64,000 nucleotides of DNA. It comes from Thermodesulfovibrionales bacterium. GTDB lineage: Bacteria; Nitrospirota; Thermodesulfovibrionia; Thermodesulfovibrionales; SM23-35. The stretch is from NCBI GenBank assembly GCA_963715195.1, contig CAVQRT010000007.1, positions 32,001-96,000 of the forward strand. The letters are read 5' to 3'. The notes under the pieces are model-generated. The model ran no database searches. It saw nothing but the letters and a program-made list of their open reading frames with translations, and was not told the origin of the DNA. This document shows, piece after piece, positions 30,279 through 40,303 of this stretch. How positions within the stretch are numbered: position 1 is the first letter of the stretch; every line of letters begins with the position of its first letter. A program made the translations under genes and the position numbers.

Positions 30279-31601
30279 CTAGGCTGCTTTTGGCAATTCC
30301 TTAAAAACCTTCCATGTCTTCAAAAGGTCTATGGCTCTCTGAAGCTGAACGTCATCTTTTTCGTCAATCTCGACAGGGATGATTTCCTCATGCTCAAAGG
30401 GTTTTCCCTCAATTTCTTCCCCGTTTGTGAGATGGCCTTCGAGATCTTTTTCCCGTATGACAGGACGCCCCTTTTCTCCATTCTTCATTTCAGCTTTTAC
30501 CAGGATATCCGGCGTAATACCGGTTGATTGGATTGATATCCCTTTCGGCGTATAGTATTTTGCAGTCGTGAGCCTGAGAGCAGAACCGTCAGTGAGCGGA
30601 ACAACTGACTGTACCGAACCTTTTCCAAACGTCTGAGTTCCGATGATTACGGCTCTGTTCCAGTCCTTTAGTGCTCCTGCAACGATTTCTGAAGCGCTGG
30701 CACTCCCCTGATTAACGAGGATTACCATGGGTATTGTGGAATTCCCGTTACTCTTATGACTCCGGTAATCGGTTTTTTCGCCTTTTTTATCCTTGATAAA
30801 TACCACTAATTTTCCGGAAGGGAGAAAATGGCTCGAAACGTCAATAGCACTATTGAGAAGTCCCCCGGGGTTGTTTCTGAGGTCAAGAATGAGGGAGCTG
30901 ATATTATCATTAAGAAGTGTGTTCATGGACTGTGCAAGATCGGAGGATGTCTGCTCCTGAAACTGATTGATCTTGATATATCCGATGCCTTCCTCAAGAA
31001 TCTTTGATTTGACGCTCTTGATTTTTATTACTTCTCTGGTAATGGTGAAGTCCCGTGATTTTTCCCATCCTTCCCTAAGTATCGTTATTTTTACGGTCGA
31101 TGAAGGAGTTCCCCTCATCTTGCTGACAGCGTCCTGAAGGCTCATATCTTTCGTAAAATCATTATTGATCTTGACGATTTTATCGCCCGCCTGAATGCCG
31201 GCTCTATATGCAGGGGTGTCCTCTATGGGTGCGATTACCGTGAGCATTCCGTCTTTGATTCCGATCTGTATCCCGATACCACCGAACTCTCCCTTCGTAT
31301 CTACCTGCATCTCCTTGTATTGTTCAGGGGTCATGAATGAGGAGTGGGGATCGAGGGAACCCAGCATTCCCTTGATAGAACCATAAATAAGCTCTTTTGG
31401 TTTCATCTCCTCGACATAGTTCTTTCTGACGAGAGAAATAGCTTCTGAAAAAAGCTTGAGTTCTTCATACATTTCTCCTTCGGCGTTCACAACCGTGACC
31501 GTCCATCTGCCGATCGAAATGCCGGCCGAAGCAACAGCGAAAATGATGAAGAGCACCAGGATAGTTTTCTTTTTCATGAACGTCTTGACCATATTTCTCA
31601 T
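30279..31601 (-). CDS. ctpA: C-terminal processing peptidase, S41A
   Basis: LDPHS, GEFGGIGI PDZ, DLRNNPGGLL, SASASEIVAGAL, TFGKGSVQ. Confidence 0.93.
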   Translation of the reverse strand: MRNMVKTFMKKKTILVLFIIFAVASAGISIGRWTVTVVNAEGEMYEELKLFSEAISLVRKNYVEEMKPKELIYGSIKGMLGSLDPHSSFMTPEQYKEMQVDTKGEFGGIGIQIGIKDGMLTVIAPIEDTPAYRAGIQAGDKIVKINNDFTKDMSLQDAVSKMRGTPSSTVKITILREGWEKSRDFTITREVIKIKSVKSKILEEGIGYIKINQFQEQTSSDLAQSMNTLLNDNISSLILDLRNNPGGLLNSAIDVSSHFLPSGKLVVFIKDKKGEKTDYRSHKSNGNSTIPMVILVNQGSASASEIVAGALKDWNRAVIIGTQTFGKGSVQSVVPLTDGSALRLTTAKYYTPKGISIQSTGITPDILVKAEMKNGEKGRPVIREKDLEGHLTNGEEIEGKPFEHEEIIPVEIDEKDDVQLQRAIDLLKTWKVFKELPKAA

Positions 31602-31611
31602 TCCTCCGAAT

Positions 31612-32781
31612 CTATTTTCTTCGCAGCCAATGTATCGGGTTTAAGGGCTTTCCTTTATACCGCAGTTCAAAATACAGGCCGGAACTGTTCACGAGCCCGG
31701 AATTCCCGACCCGTCCGACTATCTGCTTCTCTTTTATTATATCTCCAACTCTTAGAAAAATCTCCGATAAACTGCCATAGAGGGTATGATATCCTTCTCC
31801 GTGATTCACAATAACGAGTTGACCATATCCCTTAAACCACTCAGCAAAGACGACTTCCCCTTCATGCACAGCTTTTGCCGCGGAGCCTGATTGGGACTCT
31901 ATGAATGTTCCGCTCCTGAATACCGGTGTATTGAATTGCAGGTCTTTCTGTGAACCGTAAGGAATGATCACTTTGCCTTCAACCGGCCAGGGCAGCCTTC
32001 CTTTCAGGCCGGCAAAGCCCCTGCCGGAAAACACATCTCCCTCGTCGGATTTTTTTATAATATCAAGGAGCCTCTTTGCGGATTCTTCCATTTCCTTGAG
32101 CATCATCGTATGTGACGATTTTTTCTTTTTTACGGATGCGAGCAGTTGCTCTTTCTGTTTTCGCTTTGCGGCAAGGGAGGCTTCTTCTGCAAGGACCTTC
32201 TCCCGGTTTGCCGTAAGCTCTCTCTTCAGGAGAACGAGCTGTTTTTCTTTCGATTGCAGATTCGTGAGGTTCGTCTGGTAGGTGCTCACCTGCTTCTGTT
32301 CGTGTGCGGTGATGTATTGAAGATTCTTGCTGGTTCGAATCAATTGAGATATGTCAGGAGAGGCGAGCAGCAGCAGGATGACATCGGCATTTTGGCCGTA
32401 CTTATGGATTGTCCTGAGCTTTCTCTTTATCCACTGCCGGTGTTGGTCGATAGCTTTCCTGGAGGCGGAGATTTCTCGTTCTGTGTATGACATCTTGCTT
32501 TCAGTATTTGCGAGCCTGGTTCTGTATTTCCGGAGAAAATTTTCCACCTCTTTCATCTGCCTGTTGGTTGCATCAATGTCCGAGAGAATTGAGGATTCAT
32601 ATTTTTTTACCTGTTTCAGTTTTTGTTTCTGTGTTTTAATCTTTTTCTGTATTCTCTGGTATTCGTTTTGCGGTGAGGAGGCATGGCAGGTGAGGGACAG
32701 AGAGAAACTGATGAGAAACAGGAGACATGAGCAGATAAGGGGTGAGCAGAAACTTATACTGCGACGGCAAACTCTGTTCAA
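31612..32781 (-). CDS. envC: Murein hydrolase activator EnvC (coiled coil + M23 domain)
   Basis: Long coiled coil, LPWPVEG, GYGQLVIVNHG, LYFELR; Zn ligands degenerate; follows ftsEX. Confidence 0.85.
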   Translation of the reverse strand: MNRVCRRSISFCSPLICSCLLFLISFSLSLTCHASSPQNEYQRIQKKIKTQKQKLKQVKKYESSILSDIDATNRQMKEVENFLRKYRTRLANTESKMSYTEREISASRKAIDQHRQWIKRKLRTIHKYGQNADVILLLLASPDISQLIRTSKNLQYITAHEQKQVSTYQTNLTNLQSKEKQLVLLKRELTANREKVLAEEASLAAKRKQKEQLLASVKKKKSSHTMMLKEMEESAKRLLDIIKKSDEGDVFSGRGFAGLKGRLPWPVEGKVIIPYGSQKDLQFNTPVFRSGTFIESQSGSAAKAVHEGEVVFAEWFKGYGQLVIVNHGEGYHTLYGSLSEIFLRVGDIIKEKQIVGRVGNSGLVNSSGLYFELRYKGKPLNPIHWLRRK

Positions 32782-33653
32782 TACCTGATCCTCCCGATTG
32801 CTATTGCGGCACCGGCCATCCCGATCAGCAAACCTGACAGCGGTATGGCAAATGACAGATCAATCGGGAATGAAAGCAGCTTCAGAAGAGGGAATGTTGC
32901 GCTCAGCTTTACAATAAGAACATAGTAGAGTGCCAGAACTCCTGCGAGACTGACCAGACCGCCGATAAATCCGATGATTGCTCCTTCAAGAAGAAACGGT
33001 GTCCTGATAAATTCCTTTGTGGCGCCGAGGAGCTTGTAGGTTTCAATTTCTCCTTCTCTCCGGTAAAAGAGGATTTTTACGGTGCTGTAACATACAAAAA
33101 GCATGCCGATGGACATGATCACGACGATGGTCGTGCCGATTCTCCTCATGCCGGTTCTCAGGGAATGGAGAGCAGACAGAAATTCTTCGCCGTATTCTAT
33201 TTCCTGTACCCCTTTGATATCTTTCAGGCTGTTTGTGAGATGCCTGACTGGGTCTGGTCCTACAGCGGCGCTTTTTAATTTGATCTCGATAGCGTCGGGC
33301 AATGGATTTTCTCCGAGTCCTTCAAGAATGAATGAAGAATCCTTCAGGGTGCTCTTCAGTTCTTTCAGCGCCTGGTCTTTCGGGATGAAGATTGTTTTTT
33401 CCACAGCGGGATTTTTCCGGGCGGTACTCATGATAGTATCTCTATCTTCCTGCGACACGGTATCGCTGAGATAGAGCAGAACGGAAAACTTTTCCGGGAG
33501 TTTTCCTGTTGCAGAATCGATGTTGTATACAAAGAGAACCGTAATGGTGGTAAAGAGGAGACCCGCAGCGATTGTCAAAACAGAGAGGAGGTAAATCCAT
33601 TTTTCATGAAAAATGCTCTGGAGAGCGAGCCTGAATGAATAGGAGAGAGTCAT
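32778..33653 (-). CDS. ftsX: Cell division ABC permease FtsX
   Basis: ENPLPDA, RREGEIETYKLLGAT..FIRTPFLLEG. Confidence 0.9.
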   Translation of the reverse strand: MTLSYSFRLALQSIFHEKWIYLLSVLTIAAGLLFTTITVLFVYNIDSATGKLPEKFSVLLYLSDTVSQEDRDTIMSTARKNPAVEKTIFIPKDQALKELKSTLKDSSFILEGLGENPLPDAIEIKLKSAAVGPDPVRHLTNSLKDIKGVQEIEYGEEFLSALHSLRTGMRRIGTTIVVIMSIGMLFVCYSTVKILFYRREGEIETYKLLGATKEFIRTPFLLEGAIIGFIGGLVSLAGVLALYYVLIVKLSATFPLLKLLSFPIDLSFAIPLSGLLIGMAGAAIAIGRIRY

Positions 33654-34316
33654 TCAGCCGATCTCCTCACGTACGAAGTTTCCAAAATCAAGCATCAGTA
33701 CCCTTCTTCCTGAATTCCGGAAAAGCTCTCTGTTATGGGTGGCGATGAGAATTGTTGTGCCCCGCGCATTAATATCCTTGAAAGTCCTGATAATGCCGGC
33801 AGACGTATCGGGGTCAACATTCCCGGTAGGTTCATCAGCAAGAATAATGGTAGGTTCGGCTACAATTGCCCTTGCGAGGGAGATCCTCTGCTGTTCTCCG
33901 CCTGACAGCGACGGGGGATAGTTGTCGGACTTATGCCTGAGACTGACGATCTTCAGCGTATCGAAAACCCGGGCTTTTATCTCTTTTTCGTCGACACCCC
34001 TTATCCGTAATGCAAAAGCAACATTTTCAAATACATTCCTGTTGTCCAGAAGTCTGAAATCCTGAAAAACCACTCCGATATGCCTCCTCAGTAGGGGGAT
34101 ATCGGAGTCTATAAGGGTATTCAGCGACCAATCCATAACCCTGATGAGGCCTTCATCCGCTTTTTCCGCCCTGAATATCAATTTGAGCAGCGTTGATTTG
34201 CCTGATCCGCTCGGACCGGTAATAAATGCCATCTCTCCTTTGTCTATCGAAAAGGTAATTTTCCTCAGAGCGGTAAGATTATCGTAGTGCTTTGATACGT
34301 CCTGAAAATGTATCAT
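33654..34316 (-). CDS. ftsE: Cell division ATP-binding protein FtsE
   Basis: GPSGSGKST, GVVFQDFRLL, LSGGEQQR, ADEPTGN. Confidence 0.93.
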   Translation of the reverse strand: MIHFQDVSKHYDNLTALRKITFSIDKGEMAFITGPSGSGKSTLLKLIFRAEKADEGLIRVMDWSLNTLIDSDIPLLRRHIGVVFQDFRLLDNRNVFENVAFALRIRGVDEKEIKARVFDTLKIVSLRHKSDNYPPSLSGGEQQRISLARAIVAEPTIILADEPTGNVDPDTSAGIIRTFKDINARGTTILIATHNRELFRNSGRRVLMLDFGNFVREEIG

Positions 34317-34390
34317 GCGAGGCCAATCAGCAGCAGACGGACACGGAGCAGGAAAAGATGAATTTGTTCTCCGGGTGTTCGCATGCTCAA

Positions 34391-35368
34391 TTATGCCAAT
34401 GCCTCTTTAATGGAGAGCGCAAGGTTATCTGCAGTAAGGCCATACAGATTCAGGAGTTCATCGGGAGATCCTGAACAACCGAAAACATCCCTGATGCCTG
34501 TTCTGAGTATTCTTGTTGGATTATTCTCTGAAAGGAATTCACTTACGGCGCTTCCAAGACCGCCGATAATTGAATGCTCCTCCGCGGTAACGATAAGTCT
34601 GCACGATGAGGAAGCCTTCAGGAGAGCCTCATTGTCAAGTGGCTTTATGGTTGACATGTTGATGACCCCGACATCGATGCCTTCGGCACTGAGTTTGGTT
34701 GCAGCCTCAAGCGCAACGGAGACCATGATTCCCATGGCAACGACGGTAGCATCTGTACCGGAATGAAACGAAAAGGATTTCCCGATTTGGAAGGTATATT
34801 GATCCGGCATGACATGCGGTACCTTGGCCCTCCCAAGACGGACGTAGACCGGGCCGTTATAATCAGCGGCAGCATGGATGACCTGTTTTGTTTCATGTGC
34901 ATCAGCAGGGACGATCACGGTCATATTCGGGAGGACTCTCATCAGAGCGATATCCTCCAATGACTGGTGAGAGGCTCCGTCTTCGCCCACCGTGATGCCG
35001 CTGTGGGTCGCGACGAGCTTCACATTGAGGTTCGAATAACAGACGGTCTGTCTGATCTGTTCCCATGCCCTTCCTGTTTCGAAAACTGCAAACGTCGAAG
35101 CAAACGGGAGTTTCCCGGTGAGCGAGAGGCCGCATGCGGTCCCGATCAAGTCCTGTTCAGAGATGCCGACATTGAAGAACCTGTCCGGAAATGCCTTTGC
35201 AAATTTTCCAGTCTTCGTCGATCCGGAGAGATCTGCGTCCAGTACAACGATATCATTCCGCTGCCTGCCGAGTTCGAGCAGAGCTTCACCATAGGCATCT
35301 CTCGTAGCGGTCGCCTTCTTTGTTGTACCAGAAGGTACTGCTTTTCCCGGATGAACTCTTTCCGCCAT
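34391..35368 (-). CDS. Transketolase, C-terminal subunit
   Basis: ATRDAYG, LDADL, GISEQ, VGEDGASHQ, EEHSIIGGLG. Confidence 0.93.
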   Translation of the reverse strand: MAERVHPGKAVPSGTTKKATATRDAYGEALLELGRQRNDIVVLDADLSGSTKTGKFAKAFPDRFFNVGISEQDLIGTACGLSLTGKLPFASTFAVFETGRAWEQIRQTVCYSNLNVKLVATHSGITVGEDGASHQSLEDIALMRVLPNMTVIVPADAHETKQVIHAAADYNGPVYVRLGRAKVPHVMPDQYTFQIGKSFSFHSGTDATVVAMGIMVSVALEAATKLSAEGIDVGVINMSTIKPLDNEALLKASSSCRLIVTAEEHSIIGGLGSAVSEFLSENNPTRILRTGIRDVFGCSGSPDELLNLYGLTADNLALSIKEALA

Positions 35369-36222
35369 TACTTTTGGAGCTCCTTTAACGCCAGGCTGAG
35401 TTCATCGGGGGTCGGCGCCAGACCGTGGTACTCGACTTTGCCCTCAAAGAAAGAAACGCCTTTTCCTTTGACTGTCCTGGCAACGATCATTGCTGGTTTT
35501 CCTTTCAGGGTTTTCGCCTTGTGAAAGGCATCCACAATGGCCGCAATATCGTGTCCGTCGATATCCATGACATTCCAGCCGAAAGCTTTCCATTTATCAA
35601 CGACCGGTTCAATATGCATTACATCACAGCAATGCCCGTCGATCTGGAGACCATTGTTGTCAATGATTGCACAAAGATTATCGAGGCGATAATGGGCGGC
35701 GGTCATGGCAGCTTCCCAGACCTGTCCTTCCTGGATCTCGCCATCGCCAAGGAGGCAGTAAACCCGTGAAGGCAGCCCGTCCATTTTGATCCCCATTGCC
35801 ATGCCATTGGCGATCGAGAGGCCTTGCCCCAGGGAGCCGGTTGATATTTCGATACCAGGCAACTTGCAGGAACAGGGATGCCCCTGCAACGGGCTCCCAA
35901 TCTTGCGCAGTGTCTTGAGGATCTCCCTGTCAAAATATCCGGACAGCGCAAGAGCTGCATAGAGAACCGGAGCTGCATGGCCCTTCGAGAGAATAAACCT
36001 GTCTCTCTCTCTCCATTGCGGGTTGGCGGGGTCATGCCTCAGTGTGTGGAAATAAAGAACCGTTAGAATATCTGCGGCAGAGAGGGAACCGCCGGTATGA
36101 CCGGAGCCCGCGTGGGTCAGCATCGTAAGAATTTCCATTCTGAGTTTCCTTGCCTTCTTGCTGAGACCGGCAAGATCCTTTGCGCTTAATTCAGTTTTCA
36201 CGTGATTTCCCGTTGCCCTCAT
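35368..36222 (-). CDS. Transketolase, N-terminal (TPP-binding) subunit
   Basis: SGHTGGSLS, SKGH, LQGHP, GSLGQG, GDGE..EG..WEA. Confidence 0.94.
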   Translation of the reverse strand: MRATGNHVKTELSAKDLAGLSKKARKLRMEILTMLTHAGSGHTGGSLSAADILTVLYFHTLRHDPANPQWRERDRFILSKGHAAPVLYAALALSGYFDREILKTLRKIGSPLQGHPCSCKLPGIEISTGSLGQGLSIANGMAMGIKMDGLPSRVYCLLGDGEIQEGQVWEAAMTAAHYRLDNLCAIIDNNGLQIDGHCCDVMHIEPVVDKWKAFGWNVMDIDGHDIAAIVDAFHKAKTLKGKPAMIVARTVKGKGVSFFEGKVEYHGLAPTPDELSLALKELQK

Positions 36223-36354
36223 TCTCTATCTGGTATTCTCTGTCCTTTTGCGATATATTTGATATATCCGGCAGCAAATAGATATCAAGGGCAAATATAA
36301 AATTAGAAAATATTATACAGAGCGTACGGGACAAATAGGAAGGGGGGTAGGGAT

Positions 36355-36885
36355 ATGCCGGGAATGGTGATATGGATAACCGGTCTTCCGGGGAGCGGAA
36401 AGAGCACGGTTGCCGATGAAATCAAAAAAAGTCATCCTGAATTTACACTGCTCAGAATGGATGAGATCAGAAAGATTGCCACCCCTGAACCGACGTATTC
36501 TGATCCGGAGAGAGATATCCTGTACAGGGCACTTGTGTATTTTGCGAAGAGACTCTCGGAAACCGGACAGAACGTTATCATTGATGCAACGGGAAATCTC
36601 CGCGTGTGGCGCGAACTTGCCCGTCAGCTTATTCCTGTCTACCGTGAAGTATATCTCAGATGCCCCGGAGAACTATGCATGCTGCGCGAGCAAAAACGGA
36701 TCGATACGCACGGTGCGCCAGAGGATATTTACAGGAAAGGGGCCGAAGGATGGCCGGTGCCGGGCATAGCAGCCCCGTATGAAGAACCGTTAAGTCCCGA
36801 GGTTACGATTGATACCGACAAGACATCATTGGAAGAAGCGGTGGAAATTCTCGGAAAAACACTTTTGAACGAACGGAAATCCTAA
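36355..36885 (+). CDS. cysC: Adenylyl-sulfate kinase-like P-loop kinase
   Basis: WITGLPGSGKST, VPGIAAPYEEP. Confidence 0.75.
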   Translation: MPGMVIWITGLPGSGKSTVADEIKKSHPEFTLLRMDEIRKIATPEPTYSDPERDILYRALVYFAKRLSETGQNVIIDATGNLRVWRELARQLIPVYREVYLRCPGELCMLREQKRIDTHGAPEDIYRKGAEGWPVPGIAAPYEEPLSPEVTIDTDKTSLEEAVEILGKTLLNERKS

Positions 36886-38810
36886 ATCTTCAATGCCTTG
36901 GTAATTCCCTTGAGCTCGATCAAAAACGATACGGAAAAGTCGTCTGGTCTTTTGACAAAACCAAGATTGATACCCCAACACTGGCTTATGTATAGGATGT
37001 TCAGACTGATCTCCCTGGTCTCTTTCTGTTCGGCATCGTACCAAATCTTTCCGTTCACTGAGAGTGGGGCAAATGGGTGAACCCCGATACCAGCAACATA
37101 GGTATTGACATTATTCAGTCTGTTATATCTTTGCCCGGCTTGGAAGATTATTTCTGCAACCTTCATGGCAACCTCTGAGTTCACCTTTTCAATTCTTCCG
37201 GTATGGACATTATATGCTGCCCCGAGCCTCAGCGGAAGTGGTTGCATTATTCCGACATCGAACAGTACCGGAAGAAATGGCCTGTCACCTTCGTAGAAAT
37301 CATAGCCCTGGGAAATCCTGAATACCATAAGCTCTCCCTGATCGCTGATGAATCTGTTCAAGAGTGATAAGGAAAGCAAAGAAGTCTTGGTAAACAGCTC
37401 TGATGAATCGAAGATGGGTGAACTCTGCTCTGAATTTGTTATGAGCGTGTACCCCAATGAAGGTTCGATAACATGGGTGAACAATGAATATTTTTTCATG
37501 AATCTGACATGACTTGAGATACTGTATTCGAACGCTTCCCTGTGAGGAGAACTATCCTCACTTCTGTGTAAAGAATATGCCGTCTCACGCAGTCCAATGT
37601 TCTGCAAAACCATAACATCTGATCCAAAGGCGTGCGTTATCCTGGGAAAGAGATCCACTCTCTGACCATAGATACCTTCTTCTCTCCAGAAGTTTGCTAT
37701 TGACGCTGAGCCGGAGATTTGGAAAGGGCCGGTTTTTGTCGGGTTCAGGACATATCCTACCTCGGGAAGTCTTTGCAGAGGGTCCTGGCTGTCTTCCTTA
37801 AGATCAATCCAGTATTGAGACAGAAGATAAGCACGGGAACCGGGAAGTGGCATTGATATTTCACCAGTCGATTCAAGAAATCGGTTTGTCCTTATCTGGA
37901 GATCGGTTTTGAACTCCCGGTAGAAATCCTTTTCGTTCACGAAATTGATATTCAGGTAACCTCCGAGTCCGCCGGTTGATCGTTGGTCATGGTGCGCCCT
38001 GAGTTCAAGAAAGTCTTTCCTGAGTTCGGAGTCCCGAATGTGGTAGCCCCACCATTTTCCTTCAACGTTACCCGGCCAGACATACCGGTATTCGATGCCT
38101 GTGCCAAGGCCTCTCTGCGTGTATTCATCGACAATGAAGCTGGCATCCTGGTTATCCGATATGGCCCAGTAGAATGGAACTGTAAACTGGAAACCGCGGG
38201 AGTCGCTGTATCCGATGAAAGGGAATAAAAGACCCGTCTTTCGTTCGTTCAGAATCGGCGCCCACAGAAACGGCGTAAAGAGTACGGGTATGTTCTTTAT
38301 CCGAAAAGTAACATCCTTTGCCGTTAATGAGTCACCGGCTGCCCCGCGCATGTCCTTGCCTCTGAAACACCATGCGGGTACAGGGGCATCGCATGTGGTG
38401 AAAGTCGCTTCGGGACTAAAATAATAATCGCTGCCTGTTTTACGGATCTCCCTGCCCGAGATCCGGTAATTTTCTTTTTCGTAAAAAACCTCTGCACGAA
38501 AAAGAGTGCCGGTTTTTTTCTCAAGGTTTAGTTCGGCACGGCTGGCGTTCATGGTGACATCAGTGTCATGGTATCGTATTTTTCCTAAAGCTATAACATC
38601 TGATGTCTCTTCATGATAAGTGATTTCATCAGCCTCGAGAACCGTACCTGCTCTCTCAATTCTTACGTTACCCTTGGCGATATAGGTCTTCTCCGCGTGA
38701 TCATATGCGAGCGTATCCGAGGTTATCACTGTATGTTCTTCAGCATAGCTTGACGGTATGAGAAATGCTATGGTAAGCACAAAAGGTAAAAAGTACACAA
38801 ATAAACGCAT
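36882..38810 (-). CDS. lptD: LPS assembly outer-membrane protein LptD
   Basis: Signal MRLFVYFL; AKGNVRI, FTTCDAPVPAW, RKTGLLFP, VPFYWAI, QCWG beta-barrel C-terminus; ORF-track N-terminal extension is repeat-derived. Confidence 0.88.
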   Translation of the reverse strand: MRLFVYFLPFVLTIAFLIPSSYAEEHTVITSDTLAYDHAEKTYIAKGNVRIERAGTVLEADEITYHEETSDVIALGKIRYHDTDVTMNASRAELNLEKKTGTLFRAEVFYEKENYRISGREIRKTGSDYYFSPEATFTTCDAPVPAWCFRGKDMRGAAGDSLTAKDVTFRIKNIPVLFTPFLWAPILNERKTGLLFPFIGYSDSRGFQFTVPFYWAISDNQDASFIVDEYTQRGLGTGIEYRYVWPGNVEGKWWGYHIRDSELRKDFLELRAHHDQRSTGGLGGYLNINFVNEKDFYREFKTDLQIRTNRFLESTGEISMPLPGSRAYLLSQYWIDLKEDSQDPLQRLPEVGYVLNPTKTGPFQISGSASIANFWREEGIYGQRVDLFPRITHAFGSDVMVLQNIGLRETAYSLHRSEDSSPHREAFEYSISSHVRFMKKYSLFTHVIEPSLGYTLITNSEQSSPIFDSSELFTKTSLLSLSLLNRFISDQGELMVFRISQGYDFYEGDRPFLPVLFDVGIMQPLPLRLGAAYNVHTGRIEKVNSEVAMKVAEIIFQAGQRYNRLNNVNTYVAGIGVHPFAPLSVNGKIWYDAEQKETREISLNILYISQCWGINLGFVKRPDDFSVSFLIELKGITKALKI

Positions 38811-38822
38811 AACGAATTTTCT

Positions 38823-38924
38823 GTCATTTCCACCTGGTGTGAATTTTGTTTTCGTTTTAAAGAAAGATTCTTTCCCCGGTCTGCATGAGTGTGGACCTGA
38901 AGGTGCCGGACAAACCGGAATGAC
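38823..38924. repeat. ~100-bp REP/MITE-like element, copy B (between folC and lptD)
   Basis: gtcattt...aagaaagattc..tctgcatgagtgtggacctga..ccggacaaaccggaatgac; GTCATT/AATGAC termini; aligns with 23195-23297. Confidence 0.7.
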
Positions 38925-38983
38925 GGACTGAAGACCCCATGAAAATGTAAATGGATTATTCATTCGATATTGATGCCGGTTTC

Positions 38984-40303
38984 CTATTCCCTGAGTGTTG
39001 TTAAAATACCTCTTTGTCCCAGGACTTCCTTTGCCTCACCGATTGTATAAAATGAACCGGTGATAACAATGAGAACAGATTCCGGAAGAAGATTTCGGGC
39101 ATCCTTCATTCCCATCTCAATGGCCTCCTGTATCGTACACGCAGTGCGCAGATTCGGAAATCCAAGGGACTCTGCAGCACGGGCAAGGGTCTCAGGTGAA
39201 GCTGCCCTGTCATAAGAGGGACGGGTCAGGATGACATACCGTGCAAGGGGTAATAGCGGCTTCAGTATTCCGGCAATGTCCTTGTCGGCCATAATACCGA
39301 GTATCAGAATAATCCCTTCGAATGTTTTGAGAAAGATATCCCGAAGTGACTGTGAAAGCACGGATGCAGCAGCGGGATTATGCGCTCCGTCGATGAGAAC
39401 CGGAGGGTCATCATGAATGATTTCAAGTCTTCCAGGCCATGTTGTATTTCTCACGCCTTCCTTAATCAGGCCATGAGTCAGAGATCCGGATATCAGGCTG
39501 ACAGCTTCTATTGCCATGGATGCATTGTGCATCTGATGAACACCTGCGAGCGGAAGACGGATGTCGTGAATTCTTCTGCGAGTGTTATGATAATCAAACA
39601 CGATTCCACGGGTATCTTCGCGGACAAGGCGCGAAGAGAAATCTCTTCCATACGCATACAGTTCTGCATCGTTCTCTTTTGCTTTTGTGATGATACCATT
39701 CATTACTTCAGGCTCCTGGTGAGCGCAGACAACAGGTATCCCTCTCTTGATAATACCCGCCTTTTCTTCTGCAATTTCCGTAAGCGTCCTTCCGAGAAAT
39801 TCCATATGGTCGTAGCTGATTTGGGTTATGACACAGACATCCGGTGATATGATGTTGGTTGCATCGAGCCTCCCGCCCATTCCGACCTCCATGACGGCAA
39901 TATCTATTTGTTTCCTGCTGAAATACAAAAGAGCCATTGCAGTAACGACCTCAAAGAACGTGGGGGAGAAATCGTCGATCTGTAACGCAGCTTCTCTGAC
40001 TTCTTCTGCCAGACTGACGACGTCATGTTCACCGATTTCTGCACCGTTTATCCTGATTCTCTCGGTGAAACTGATGAGGTGGGGAGAAGTAAAAAGGCCG
40101 ACGGTGAACCCGCCTGACTGAAGAATGGAGGCGATAATCGACGATGTTGAGCCTTTGCCGTTCGTTCCTCCAACGTGAACCGTGCGGAATGAGGTATGAG
40201 GACTTCCGAGCCCGGTTACGAGCCTCCTGATATTGTCGAGGCCGAATTTAATGCCGTATTTCCGGAGATTATAGAGGTACTGGATTGATTCATGATAGCT
40301 CAT
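38984..40303 (-). CDS. folC: Dihydrofolate/folylpolyglutamate synthase
   Basis: GTNGKGS, FTSPHL, EVGMGGRLDATN, WPGRLE, DGAHN. Confidence 0.96.
   Translation of the reverse strand: MSYHESIQYLYNLRKYGIKFGLDNIRRLVTGLGSPHTSFRTVHVGGTNGKGSTSSIIASILQSGGFTVGLFTSPHLISFTERIRINGAEIGEHDVVSLAEEVREAALQIDDFSPTFFEVVTAMALLYFSRKQIDIAVMEVGMGGRLDATNIISPDVCVITQISYDHMEFLGRTLTEIAEEKAGIIKRGIPVVCAHQEPEVMNGIITKAKENDAELYAYGRDFSSRLVREDTRGIVFDYHNTRRRIHDIRLPLAGVHQMHNASMAIEAVSLISGSLTHGLIKEGVRNTTWPGRLEIIHDDPPVLIDGAHNPAAASVLSQSLRDIFLKTFEGIILILGIMADKDIAGILKPLLPLARYVILTRPSYDRAASPETLARAAESLGFPNLRTACTIQEAIEMGMKDARNLLPESVLIVITGSFYTIGEAKEVLGQRGILTTLRE

Noticed and set aside
38811..38963. 51-aa N-terminal extension of LptD
   Set aside because: It is a translation of the REP-like element; a proper signal peptide starts at ATG 38810.
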